Assembly: GCA_043754515.1 (NCBI GenBank)
Contig: JAYUUO010000158.1
Coordinates: 1 to 11,562 of the forward strand
Reading direction: 5' to 3'
DNA: 11,562 bases
Source: Armatimonadota bacterium
GTDB taxonomy: Bacteria > Armatimonadota > Armatimonadia > Armatimonadales > Armatimonadaceae
The notes below the pieces were generated by a model, which was not told the origin of the DNA, searched no databases, and saw only the letters and a list, made by a program, of their open reading frames with translations. Every line of letters starts with the position of its first letter. Position 1 is the first letter of the stretch. Positions 1-7,809 of this stretch are shown here, in pieces. The position numbers were made by a program, and so were the translations under genes.

Positions 1-252
1 CTGCCGAAACTCCAGTTCATCGCCACCACGGCGTGGTTTTTCTTCGCGCTAAATCTGCTCAAGGTGCCGTTCTCGGTCGGAGCGGGGATGATGAACGCGG
101 AATCGCCACTCGTCGCCGTGACGCTACTACCCGCGGCGGTGATCGGCGGGCTGGTAGGCAAGTGGCTCCTGCCCCGGATCGAGCAGAACGCGTTTGAAAC
201 TTCCGCGCTGGTTCTGACCGCGCTGGCTTCACTGCGACTACTGTGGGGTTAA
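1..252 (+). CDS. Sulfite exporter TauE/SafE family membrane protein, C-terminal part (5' end outside window)
   Basis: Frame open from base 1: LPKLQFIATTAWFFFALNLLKVPF...GGLVGKWLLPRIEQNAFETSALVLTALASLRLLWG*. The hydrophobic helices and the 'LPK..FI.T.AWFF...N..KVPF' pattern are typical of TauE/SafE C-termini. Confidence 0.8.
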   Translation: MPKLQFIATTAWFFFALNLLKVPFSVGAGMMNAESPLVAVTLLPAAVIGGLVGKWLLPRIEQNAFETSALVLTALASLRLLWG

Positions 253-266
253 AAGCGTAGAACGTG

Positions 267-620
267 CTACCCAATCCGCCGTCGCCGCGCCGCCGCGACA
301 CCCACCTCAATCAGTTCGACTTCCGCACCAGTTAATTCGTCGAGATCGCCCCGTTTGTTTTTCGACAGGCGACCGTTATTCCGTAGGAGCACACGTACTA
401 ACAGACTTGCTCGACGATCCGGCATATCCACTACCGCCACCGCGGCGGCGAGTGCCGCGTCGGACTCTCCCGGAAACCCCAACTCTTCCCGGTACTCGGC
501 TTCTATAGTGTCCTCGGCCCGGCCGAACAAAAACTCTCCCTATTGTGTCGCGTCGGAAAAACGATACAGATTGCGCGTATCATTGGACACCTCGAGACGC
601 TTCTCGTCGTCGAACTCCCA
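267..620 (-). pseudogene. Remnant of the C-terminal region of a large Fic-family protein, with an in-frame stop and no catalytic Fic domain
   Basis: Extending the 267..530 ORF upstream in frame gives WEFDDEKRLEVSNDTRNLYRFSDATQ*GEFLFGRAEDTIEAEYREELGF...VVDMPDRRASLLVRVLLRNNGRLSKNKR...ELTGAEVELIE. This resembles the 'V.NDT..LYRyFDAT..aEFL....e.TI...l.EE..FL...VDMPDR...L....L.QN.GrLSK' tail of ~500-aa Fic proteins. TAG at 540-542 and TAA at 621-623; no HPFxDGNGR motif. Confidence 0.7.
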
Positions 621-746
621 TTAGAAAATACGGCTCACCATTTCTAACCAGCCGTTCGTCAGACCGGGAACATCGTCCGGTCGTGAGCAAGCGTAATCGG
701 ATAGGACAACAAAACCTTAAGGGAAAGCGAAAATCATGCGAAAAGG

Positions 747-2321
747 TTAGCGCGGCGGGGCGGACATAGGAGGGTAGCCGGATGACTCGAATCGCTCGCC
801 GGGGGTTCCTACTGCCCTTGCTAATCGAGCAAGGGAGCTCCAATAGTCATAGCGCGCGTTGATCGCATTCACCTCGGCTTGAACAAGAGTCGCCTGCGCG
901 TCGTACAAAGCCAGTTGCGTGCCGGAACCGACCTTCAGGCGTATCTCGCTCAGTCGGTATCCTTCCCGCGCGTCCTCCAGAGCAGGCGTTGTGCTTCGCG
1001 CCCGGTCATGCGCGTCTCGCACCGCAACAACTGCCTGCTCAACTTCGGCCTTGATACCGTTTTGATACTCCTCTTCTTGAGCGGCGGCGAGTCGCTCATC
1101 CGCGCGGGCGGAGCGTATGTCGCCTGCTGTCGCGCCGCCGTCACTGAGTGGGAACGCGAAGGATAATCCGATGCTTCCCGTGGAACGTCTTGAGGAGACT
1201 GTATCCTCCGTTCCGTTGTAATTGCCGCTGATGGAAGCGGACAGCGATGGCTCTTGCCCCTGCCGCGCGATGCGGACGTTGCCGGTTGCCTTCCGCCTGT
1301 TCAAGGCGGCGCGGATCGCTTCGGGCCGCTCGGCGAGGGCCTGAGCCAGCAAGCTCGCCTCGTCTAGCTCTGGAAGCGCGGGGAGGGCCGTGACTTCTTC
1401 CGCCTCCGCCAACGTCATCGGGGTCGCCGGGTCAACACCCATGCCGTTAGCAAGCATGCTGAGAGAGATGATGGCCTGATTTCGCGCGGAAATAAGCGAT
1501 TGCTGATTGTTAGCGAGTTGTGAGCGTGCTCGGAGGACATCGCTTCTGGCGTAGGCTCCCTGATCGAACTTGATCCGAGCGATGCGGTTCTGCTCTTCAC
1601 TCTGCTTCGTAGATGCTTCCGAAACACGAATCAGAGCCTCCGAGCGCAACGCGGTGTAGTACGCGGTCGTGACGGAGTAGATGATCTCCTGGCGTGTCTG
1701 CTCAAGATCCTGGCGGGCGAGGGCTTTCTCCGCGTCGCTCACGGATTGATATGCTCGCCCCAACCCGGTGATGTCTATGCGTTGCGATAGCGAAACGCCG
1801 ACCGATTGCTGGCTCAAAGCGGTGCTCAAACCGAATCGGGTCAGGTCCGCGCTACTCGACGTAAGCGGCTCCGATCCTGTCGTGCCGCCCGTCGTTTGGC
1901 GCAAGCGAGTCGTGTTCGTCGCGGTTGTCGTGGTGGCATAAGTGCCCGTTGTGCTGTTGGACAACTGCACCGGCTGTGTCCCGGGCGTGGTTCCGCTCAG
2001 CCCGACAGTGAACGGGTTCTGTGGCCCCGCGCCCCCGCCCCCGCTAGAGGACTGCGCGCTACTGGACGACAGGCGCGTATAACTGCCTGTCAGGGTGAGT
2101 GTCGGTCGGCGGAAAGGGGCGAGCGTTTTTTCTACTTGCCCCCCGGTCCGATCTACCCGCGCCCGTGCCTGCCGTAGCTTCGGACTTTTCCCCAGGGCGA
2201 TTTGTAGGACATCTGCGAGGTGCCAGCGCAACGGTGTGTCTTGCCCCTTAACGGCGGGGACACAGATTATCCCGATCCCCGTTATAAAGATGGCGACGAC
2301 CAATCGGAAGGCTAAATTCAT
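747..2321 (-). CDS. TolC family outer membrane efflux protein (524 aa from ATG 2321)
   Basis: Signal-peptide-like N-terminus (MNLAFRLVVAIFITGIGIICVPAVKG). OEP repeat motifs: 'LADVLQIALGKSPKLRQAR', 'VTTAYYTAL', 'KFDQGAYARSDVLRA', 'ALAERPE', 'RLKVGSGTQLALYDAQ', 'ARYDYWSSLARLARAVG'. ATG 2321 preferred over GTG 2378, which lies inside an intergenic hairpin. Confidence 0.93.
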   Translation of the reverse strand: MNLAFRLVVAIFITGIGIICVPAVKGQDTPLRWHLADVLQIALGKSPKLRQARARVDRTGGQVEKTLAPFRRPTLTLTGSYTRLSSSSAQSSSGGGGAGPQNPFTVGLSGTTPGTQPVQLSNSTTGTYATTTTATNTTRLRQTTGGTTGSEPLTSSSADLTRFGLSTALSQQSVGVSLSQRIDITGLGRAYQSVSDAEKALARQDLEQTRQEIIYSVTTAYYTALRSEALIRVSEASTKQSEEQNRIARIKFDQGAYARSDVLRARSQLANNQQSLISARNQAIISLSMLANGMGVDPATPMTLAEAEEVTALPALPELDEASLLAQALAERPEAIRAALNRRKATGNVRIARQGQEPSLSASISGNYNGTEDTVSSRRSTGSIGLSFAFPLSDGGATAGDIRSARADERLAAAQEEEYQNGIKAEVEQAVVAVRDAHDRARSTTPALEDAREGYRLSEIRLKVGSGTQLALYDAQATLVQAEVNAINARYDYWSSLARLARAVGTPGERFESSGYPPMSAPPR

Positions 2322-2349
2322 GTTGTTGTTTCTTCGGGAAGATTCCGAC

Positions 2350-2395
2350 CGGGTGGGGGCGGTTTCTCCGCCCCTCACCCGTCCAGGTGAGGGCG
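2350..2395. other. Overlapping GC-rich inverted repeats between the adaptor and TolC genes
   Basis: CGGGTGGGGGCGG-TTTCT-CCGCCCC(T)CACCCG (2350-2381; 13 bp with one bulge) overlaps CCCTCACC-CGTCCA-GGTGAGGG (2372-2393; 8 bp). Confidence 0.6.
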
Positions 2396-2419
2396 TGCCA
2401 CAGGAAAAAGGGGCGCGAC

Positions 2420-3991
2420 CTATTCGTTTTTCGGGATTTTTCTGCTGATCACCGCATCACCCGCGGTGAGGCCCGTCGGTTCAATGATCACCTTGGTCTC
2501 CAGCGTGATGCCGTCCAGTACGGGGATGCCACCCTCGCTGATCGGTGCCGCCTTGATCCTTCTCTTGACCACCTTGCCGTCTTCCACAGCCAGTAGACTG
2601 GAAACGCCACTGACGGTGCTAACCGCCGTGGTCGGCACGACGAAGCGACGCCTCGGCGGACCGAGGACGATATTGACCGTAAACGTCTGCCCCGGATGTA
2701 TCCAGTCCGGGGGATCTTTCGGGGTGAGACGCACCTCCACGGTGCCACGATCCGTATCCACTTGCGCGCCGATCGCATGAACGATCGCCGTGAAGCGCGA
2801 GTCCGGGAAGGCGTCGTTGGTGACGATGGCCTCTTGACCGACGTGCAACTTGCCCAGATTGGATTCGTCCAGGTCGATACGGATCTCCGGGGTTCCCGTT
2901 CGGACGAGGCGTGCCAACGGGGTGCTCGGTCCCGTCACAGACCCCACCTCGGTAACGATCCGTGTTACCGTTCCGACGAAAGGTGCGGTGACTACTGTCT
3001 CGCGCTGCCGCTGCTTCGCTAATGTGAGAGCGACTCCGGCTTCCTCCAACCTCGCACGGGAAACATCGCGAGAGAGTCGTGCTTCTATGAGCCGTCGCCG
3101 CGCCACCTCGACATCCTCCGGGCGGGGGGATGACAGGAGGGAGGCGAACTGCGCTTCTCCCGATCTCCTCGCGCCGCGCAGGGTCGCCGCCCCGGAAGCG
3201 ACATCCGCTTCCGCGGCCCGGTAATCCGCCTCCGCCCCCGCGATCTCCTCGGGCCGCGAACCCGCCCGGAGTTGCCGGGATTTGGACTGTGCGTTCGCCC
3301 GCGTCTGCTTACCCGTGAGGAACAATGTTTCCGCCTGTTCGGCCTCCGAACGAGGGATTACTCCCTGTTTATAAAGTTCCTGCTGTCGCACCCAGTCCCG
3401 TTCATACTGATCCAAGCTTGCCTGTGCCTGCTTTACCTGAACACCAGCCTGTTCGATCTCTTCGGGACGTGCTCCCGACTTGAGTTCTTGATAGTGCTGG
3501 TAGAGCGAAGTCGCCTTCTGCTTCGCGGCCGTCAGCCTTGCCGCGTTGACGGCGTTGGCTTGGGTTATGTCGGCGCGAAGGCGGGCGATGTCAGCGGCGA
3601 GTGGAAGGCGGGCGACCTGTGCCAACTGGGCCTGGGAGATTCTAACCGATGCTTCCGCCTGAGCGAGTTGCCCGCGCGCGGTTCGCGCGGCGACCTGCGC
3701 CTGTCGTACCTGTGCCTGCGGAACGCCGTCATCCAATCGGGCGATGACCTGTCCGGTCACGACCGTATCCCCTTCGTGAACAAGAATCGCGGCGATACGC
3801 CCCTGGCTCTGCGCGCCTATGTTGCTTTCTGTTGCCCCGCGCAACCGCCCCGACGCGGCGATGGACTCGGTAACTTGCTTAAAGGTCGGTAGCGCAACCG
3901 TGACAATCCTGGGACGGGCGCGGATAGCTAACACCGTCCCACCCCCAACAAGAAGAGCCAGCACCCCGACCAAACTCCTGGGAATTTTCAA
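2420..3991 (-). CDS. Periplasmic adaptor / membrane fusion protein (HlyD/MacA family) with a very long alpha-helical hairpin
   Basis: N-terminal membrane anchor; lipoyl half-motifs 'GRIAAILVHEGDTVVTGQVIARLD' and 'VTAPFVGTV'; beta-barrel 'LDESNLGKLHVGQEA'; membrane-proximal 'VVPTTAV...GG.PVLDGI'. TTG start overlaps the ATPase TGA and follows AGGAGGT. Confidence 0.93.
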   Translation of the reverse strand: MKIPRSLVGVLALLVGGGTVLAIRARPRIVTVALPTFKQVTESIAASGRLRGATESNIGAQSQGRIAAILVHEGDTVVTGQVIARLDDGVPQAQVRQAQVAARTARGQLAQAEASVRISQAQLAQVARLPLAADIARLRADITQANAVNAARLTAAKQKATSLYQHYQELKSGARPEEIEQAGVQVKQAQASLDQYERDWVRQQELYKQGVIPRSEAEQAETLFLTGKQTRANAQSKSRQLRAGSRPEEIAGAEADYRAAEADVASGAATLRGARRSGEAQFASLLSSPRPEDVEVARRRLIEARLSRDVSRARLEEAGVALTLAKQRQRETVVTAPFVGTVTRIVTEVGSVTGPSTPLARLVRTGTPEIRIDLDESNLGKLHVGQEAIVTNDAFPDSRFTAIVHAIGAQVDTDRGTVEVRLTPKDPPDWIHPGQTFTVNIVLGPPRRRFVVPTTAVSTVSGVSSLLAVEDGKVVKRRIKAAPISEGGIPVLDGITLETKVIIEPTGLTAGDAVISRKIPKNE

Positions 3992-4701
3992 CGCGATACC
4001 TCCTGTATAATGCCGTCCTCGATTCGCAGAACGCGGTCCGCGGCCCCGGCAAGTCGTTCATCGTGCGTGACCATCAAGAAAGCCACTCCGGTCTCGCGGG
4101 CGATCTCCCGCATCAGGGTGAAAACCTCTTGCCCGGATCGGCTGTCCAGATTGCCTGTCGGTTCATCCGCCAGAACAACCCGGGGGTGATTCGTGAGGGC
4201 GCGGACGATGGCGTTGCGCTGCTGTTGACCGCCGGACATCCGGGCGGGGCGTTTGTTCATCTGACTCTCCAAACCCACGCGGGTTAGAAGGCGTCGGGCG
4301 TATGCCGTGTCCTCTTTGTCCGGCTCGCCTTTCCGTATAGCCACGGGCATGAGTGCGTTCTCCAGACAGGTAAATTCGTCGAGCAGGTGATGGAACTGGA
4401 AAACGAACCCGACCTTTTCGCTTCGCAGATCCGCCAAGCCGTCCGAATCGAGGCCGGCGATATTGACACCATCAATCCACGCTTCACCCCCGGTCGGCGT
4501 GTCGAGCGCCCCCAGAATGTTGAGCAGAGTAGACTTGCCCGACCCGGACTGCCCCACGATGGCGACGAATTCGCCACGAGAGGCGGTCATATTGATCCCA
4601 TGTAGCACCTCAACCTCGTTGACAGTGTCAGGGTTGTAAGTCTTTTTCAGGTCCACTGTTTCCACAGCGAACTGTTTCGGGGGGGGTAAAGTACTATCCA
4701 C
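3988..4701 (-). CDS. ABC transporter ATP-binding protein, LolD/MacB-NBD type
   Basis: Walker A GQSGSGKST, Q-loop GFVFQFHHLL, signature MSGGQQQR, Walker B LADEPTGNLD, H-loop VTHD. GTG start follows GGAGGT and overlaps the permease stop by 8 nt. Confidence 0.96.
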   Translation of the reverse strand: MDSTLPPPKQFAVETVDLKKTYNPDTVNEVEVLHGINMTASRGEFVAIVGQSGSGKSTLLNILGALDTPTGGEAWIDGVNIAGLDSDGLADLRSEKVGFVFQFHHLLDEFTCLENALMPVAIRKGEPDKEDTAYARRLLTRVGLESQMNKRPARMSGGQQQRNAIVRALTNHPRVVLADEPTGNLDSRSGQEVFTLMREIARETGVAFLMVTHDERLAGAADRVLRIEDGIIQEVSR

Positions 4702-5935
4702 GAATGACCTCCACCGGGTTCAACTTCGACGCCTGAAGGGCGGGAAGGATCGCCGCGATGACCGTTACCACGATCACGATCAGCACCAACCAGGCCATTA
4801 GGATCGGGTCATAAACAACGGTGACGACCGCTCCCGCCCTGCCACCGTAGGGGTTCGGTTGGGCCATGCCGCCGATAGTACTGAGCGCGACGAGGGCCAG
4901 GATGACCCCCATAGCCGCCCCGGCGATGGCGACGCCGAAGCCCTCCAGCGTGAACACGGTCAGTATCTGCCGGTCCCGCGCGCCCATGCTTTTCAGGATG
5001 CCGATCTGCTTGTTCTTCTGCAGGACGGAGACGATCATAATCGCGGCAACCGCGACCGACGATGCCAGCAGGACGAAGCCGGTCAGGAACGACTTAATGA
5101 CGTCCATGGAGTTTAACTCGTTGAGAGACGACGCGGAATCGCTCATCCATGAGTCCACCCGATACGGGAGTACTGCTTTCAAATCGCTGGCGATCCGGTC
5201 AGCCTGGTACGCGTCCGCCAGCTTCACCTGAACCAGTGAAACATTCTGTCCCGTCGCCATCAGGCTTTGCGCGGCCCGCAGGGTCAAGTACACCTGCGAA
5301 AGATCCGTCTCCCGGCCCGTGTAGAAGATGCCTGCGACGAGAAGCGTCTGTGTCACGCCGCGCGAGGATTGCAGGGTGAGGCGGTCGCCCAGTTTCAGCC
5401 GCAGTTCATTCGCTAACTTGATCCCTATAACAACGTCGTCAGTCGTGATATCCAGCCAGTCACCCATCAGCATATCTTTCTGCAAGGGAGAGACCTGTTC
5501 CAACTCGACGGGATTGCCCCCCGTGATCGCGACAGAACTGCGCTTGGAACCCCGGATCGCGAAGGCACTGCCGGTAACCGTAGGGGCGACGGTTTTGACG
5601 CCGGGAAGGCCCGAAAGCATCCCCGCGATCCTTTCCCACTGATCTATATCGGTGCGTTGCTGGAGTCGGGGTTGCTGGTCGGAAACGAGCAGGTGATCGG
5701 GGTCGCCCGACGGCACTACCTCCCCCAGTGTGTCCGGCAGGGTATCGGATGGCTTGATTGTCACGTGGGACAACGTCCCGATCAGCGTGTTCTTCAGGCG
5801 AGTTTGCATCCCCGAGATGGTTGACTGCACGAACAGAACAACCATCGCCGCTATCGCGACCGCGAAGATCGTCAAAAGCGTCTGTTTGCCTCCGGCGATC
5901 AGGTGCCGCCAGGCAAGTTTAATCTCAAATCGCAT
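4694..5935 (-). CDS. ABC transporter permease, type VII (LolC/E / MacB / FtsX-like)
   Basis: 'KLAWRHL' plus an N-terminal TM helix, a large periplasmic domain, then three TM helices with 'KQIGILKSMGARDRQILTVFTLEG' and C-terminal 'PALQASKLNPVEVIRG'. The start is fixed by in-frame TAA TAA TAG just upstream. Confidence 0.93.
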   Translation of the reverse strand: MRFEIKLAWRHLIAGGKQTLLTIFAVAIAAMVVLFVQSTISGMQTRLKNTLIGTLSHVTIKPSDTLPDTLGEVVPSGDPDHLLVSDQQPRLQQRTDIDQWERIAGMLSGLPGVKTVAPTVTGSAFAIRGSKRSSVAITGGNPVELEQVSPLQKDMLMGDWLDITTDDVVIGIKLANELRLKLGDRLTLQSSRGVTQTLLVAGIFYTGRETDLSQVYLTLRAAQSLMATGQNVSLVQVKLADAYQADRIASDLKAVLPYRVDSWMSDSASSLNELNSMDVIKSFLTGFVLLASSVAVAAIMIVSVLQKNKQIGILKSMGARDRQILTVFTLEGFGVAIAGAAMGVILALVALSTIGGMAQPNPYGGRAGAVVTVVYDPILMAWLVLIVIVVTVIAAILPALQASKLNPVEVIRG

Positions 5936-5973
5936 TCGTTTTTCTTTCTATTATTACGGCCCTCCTCTCCCGT

Positions 5974-6798
5974 TCAGGGCAACTGGAACTCGGCCCTGGC
6001 CATGGGGCCGTTCACGCTCACCTGATTAACATGCATTCTGAGTTTCACCATGCCTGGCACTTGATCGTTCTTGATGGCGATTTCGGTCGGCACCTTTATC
6101 CCCCCGAATGTCTGGAAGCGGTCATAACTCACCTGCACATCCGTAACACGCCCGGTCTGAGTCTGGGTGACGCGCTCGGCAATCAGCGTCCCATCCGGCG
6201 CGAAGAGATAGGACCATGTGGTCTGGCAGAAGGCGCGAACCAGGTCGCCTTTACCGACTAGTAGAAGTGTTTCTTGTGGTTTAGTCTGCGTGCGGACTAT
6301 CATCGGCCCTTTCTTGGCCTTGATCTCGCCTTGCTCCACGTAGGCGAGGGCGTCGGTCGTGTGCTGGAGAGCCAGCAATCCCAGAACCCCTGTTTTGGTC
6401 AGAGGTACGAATGCGGAGGGAGTGTCCGCGTCGCGCAACTTTTCGGTCCTACTCTTTCTTGTCCAGATGAACACACCCGCGGGGGTTTGCTGATAAATGA
6501 CCGCTGGCTCACCCTTATCCGTCAGTTGTTGCCAGCGACCAGTTTGAGCGTTTCGGTCCAGCAGCACCTGGACCTTCTGGGCGGGCAACCGCATTCCGAA
6601 GGGAGCGGCCGCCCGCATTTCCGCCGTCTCCTTGAATGTACGAAGTTCGGTCAACGACCTCCCGCCGTGGGCGGAGATCGCCCTGTCCAGGAGCACCTGA
6701 ATTCGCGGGTCCGTCTTCGAGCCGCTCTGCGCGTAGACGATGCTCGCCGCGACTGCCAGAACACCTACTACCGCCGACGCGCTGTAATTCTTATTCAT
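5974..6798 (-). CDS. Secreted protein, probably LolA-like / outer-membrane lipoprotein-sorting fold (274 aa from ATG 6798)
   Basis: SPI-type signal peptide (MNKNYSASAVVGVLAVAASIVYA|Q, no lipobox Cys); 'LLDRAISAHGG' N-terminal helix; beta-rich middle; C-terminal 'YDRFQTFGGIKVPTEI...VNQVSVNGPMARAEFQLP', like the 'Y.DY..V.G.K.P...V.vN..l....F..P' end of LolA-like families. AAAGG precedes ATG 6798. Confidence 0.7.
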   Translation of the reverse strand: MNKNYSASAVVGVLAVAASIVYAQSGSKTDPRIQVLLDRAISAHGGRSLTELRTFKETAEMRAAAPFGMRLPAQKVQVLLDRNAQTGRWQQLTDKGEPAVIYQQTPAGVFIWTRKSRTEKLRDADTPSAFVPLTKTGVLGLLALQHTTDALAYVEQGEIKAKKGPMIVRTQTKPQETLLLVGKGDLVRAFCQTTWSYLFAPDGTLIAERVTQTQTGRVTDVQVSYDRFQTFGGIKVPTEIAIKNDQVPGMVKLRMHVNQVSVNGPMARAEFQLP

Positions 6799-6826
6799 TA
6801 GTTTTTCGCCTTTCCGGTTGAAATGA

Positions 6827-6842
6827 TTGGTTGACCAGTCAA
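6827..6842 (-). promoter_or_regulatory. Candidate TetR operator, site A (TTGACTGGTCAACCAA)
   Basis: 12/16 identical to site C and shares the following TCAT; lies 28 nt upstream of ATG 6798. Confidence 0.6.
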
Positions 6843-6931
6843 ATTTATGTCTGCACTTCCTTATGACTCGCTCCGTAAAACCTACCATTCGTCGGTCGGT
6901 CTTGAGAAATGGACGATGGTCTGATTCCTGG

Positions 6932-6947
6932 TTGTTCGGACAGTCAA
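6932..6947 (-). promoter_or_regulatory. Candidate TetR operator, site B (TTGACTGTCCGAACAA)
   Basis: 15/16 identical to site C; in the intergenic region between tetR and the export operon. Confidence 0.7.
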
Positions 6948-7008
6948 TTTATGACGTTGTTGAGATGCACGGTATATCCTTCAATAAGGGGCGCAGATGA
7001 AACGAAGT

Positions 7009-7626
7009 TTACTTCGCCAATACCCCCCGCAAAAAATCTTCGACCATTCCCCGCTCGATGGTATCGAAGTCCAGCTCCCGAACGGCGGGAATTTGGAGTA
7101 CCTCGCGCATGATGAGTACGCTAGTAAGGCTCCCGACGAATCGCAAGGTCATCAGCGCGGGGTCGCCCGGTTGGAGGTTTCCCAGTTCTTGATGATGACG
7201 AAAAAAAGCCATCACCCCGGTGAACATCCGCGACACCAATACTTCCGAAAGAATTTTGGCGAACTCGGGGCGGCGCATGGCCTCGCCCATGAGAACACGG
7301 ACGAACGCGGTCGTGCCTGGATTGCGAATATCCTCGAGAAAATGGCGCGCGACCCTGTGCAGTCCGTCTTCGAGCGACATTTGTAACAAGGCTTCCCGGA
7401 ACTCCTGCTCCGGGCGTTCACCTAATTGCATCTCGATCACGGCACGCAGTAGCGCGATCTTGTCCTTGAAGTAATGATAAATCAGCCCAGTCGAGGATAT
7501 ACCCGCGGTGCGTGCGATCTCCTTGTTCGTCGTGGCATCGAAGCCTTTCTCGGCGAAAATCTGGAATGCCCCTCTCACGATCTGTTCGCGGCGTTCTTCG
7601 GGCGGAAGATGAATTCGTTGATTCAT
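7009..7626 (-). CDS. TetR/AcrR family transcriptional regulator (205 aa from ATG 7626)
   Basis: HTH 'RREQIVRGAFQIFAEKGFDATTNKEIARTAGISSTGLIYHYFKDKIALL'; C-terminal 'EAMRRPEFA...G.L..GDP'. The ORF-track TTG at 7644 overlaps the -10 box, so ATG 7626 is preferred. Confidence 0.95.
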   Translation of the reverse strand: MNQRIHLPPEERREQIVRGAFQIFAEKGFDATTNKEIARTAGISSTGLIYHYFKDKIALLRAVIEMQLGERPEQEFREALLQMSLEDGLHRVARHFLEDIRNPGTTAFVRVLMGEAMRRPEFAKILSEVLVSRMFTGVMAFFRHHQELGNLQPGDPALMTLRFVGSLTSVLIMREVLQIPAVRELDFDTIERGMVEDFLRGVLAK

Positions 7627-7628
7627 TA

Positions 7629-7644
7629 TTGACTGTCCGATCAA
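7629..7644 (+). promoter_or_regulatory. Candidate TetR operator, site C (TTGACTGTCCGATCAA), between the tetR -10 box and start codon
   Basis: Imperfect palindrome TTGA-N8-TCAA, repeated at 6932-6947 and 6827-6842; overlaps the predicted transcription start. Confidence 0.7.
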
Positions 7645-7672
7645 TCATACCCGAAGAATCAGGGCGTGTCAA
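7644..7672 (-). promoter_or_regulatory. Sigma70-type promoter of tetR
   Basis: Minus strand TTGACA (7672-7667), 17 nt, TATGAT (7649-7644). Confidence 0.8.
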
Positions 7673-7780
7673 GGATAACGATGATGCCCATGCGAATTAG
7701 ACAGGAGATCGCCCCGAAACACTCAGGATGAGTTTGTCAGATTCCGGAGTAATTTACGAGGCGGCTTTTTCAGACTGATT

Positions 7781-7809
7781 TTCAGGGAAGGGGCCTCCCG
7801 CGATACAAT
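7781..7809 (+). promoter_or_regulatory. Possible sigma70 promoter of the pentapeptide-repeat gene
   Basis: TTCAGG (7781-7786), 17 nt, TACAAT (7804-7809); the -35 is weak. Confidence 0.4.

Noticed and set aside
540..623. In-frame stops in the Fic remnant as stop-codon recoding
   Set aside because: TAG and TAA terminate ordinary genes in this window, and the remnant lacks its N-terminal domains; decay is simpler.
6799..6888. 30-aa N-terminal extension of the LolA-like ORF
   Set aside because: Runs through operator site A and would bury the signal peptide; ATG 6798 has an SD-like AAAGG.
879..7700. Many 60-206 aa alternative-frame or antisense ORFs over the export cassette and tetR
   Set aside because: All overlap well-supported genes and have shadow-ORF composition.
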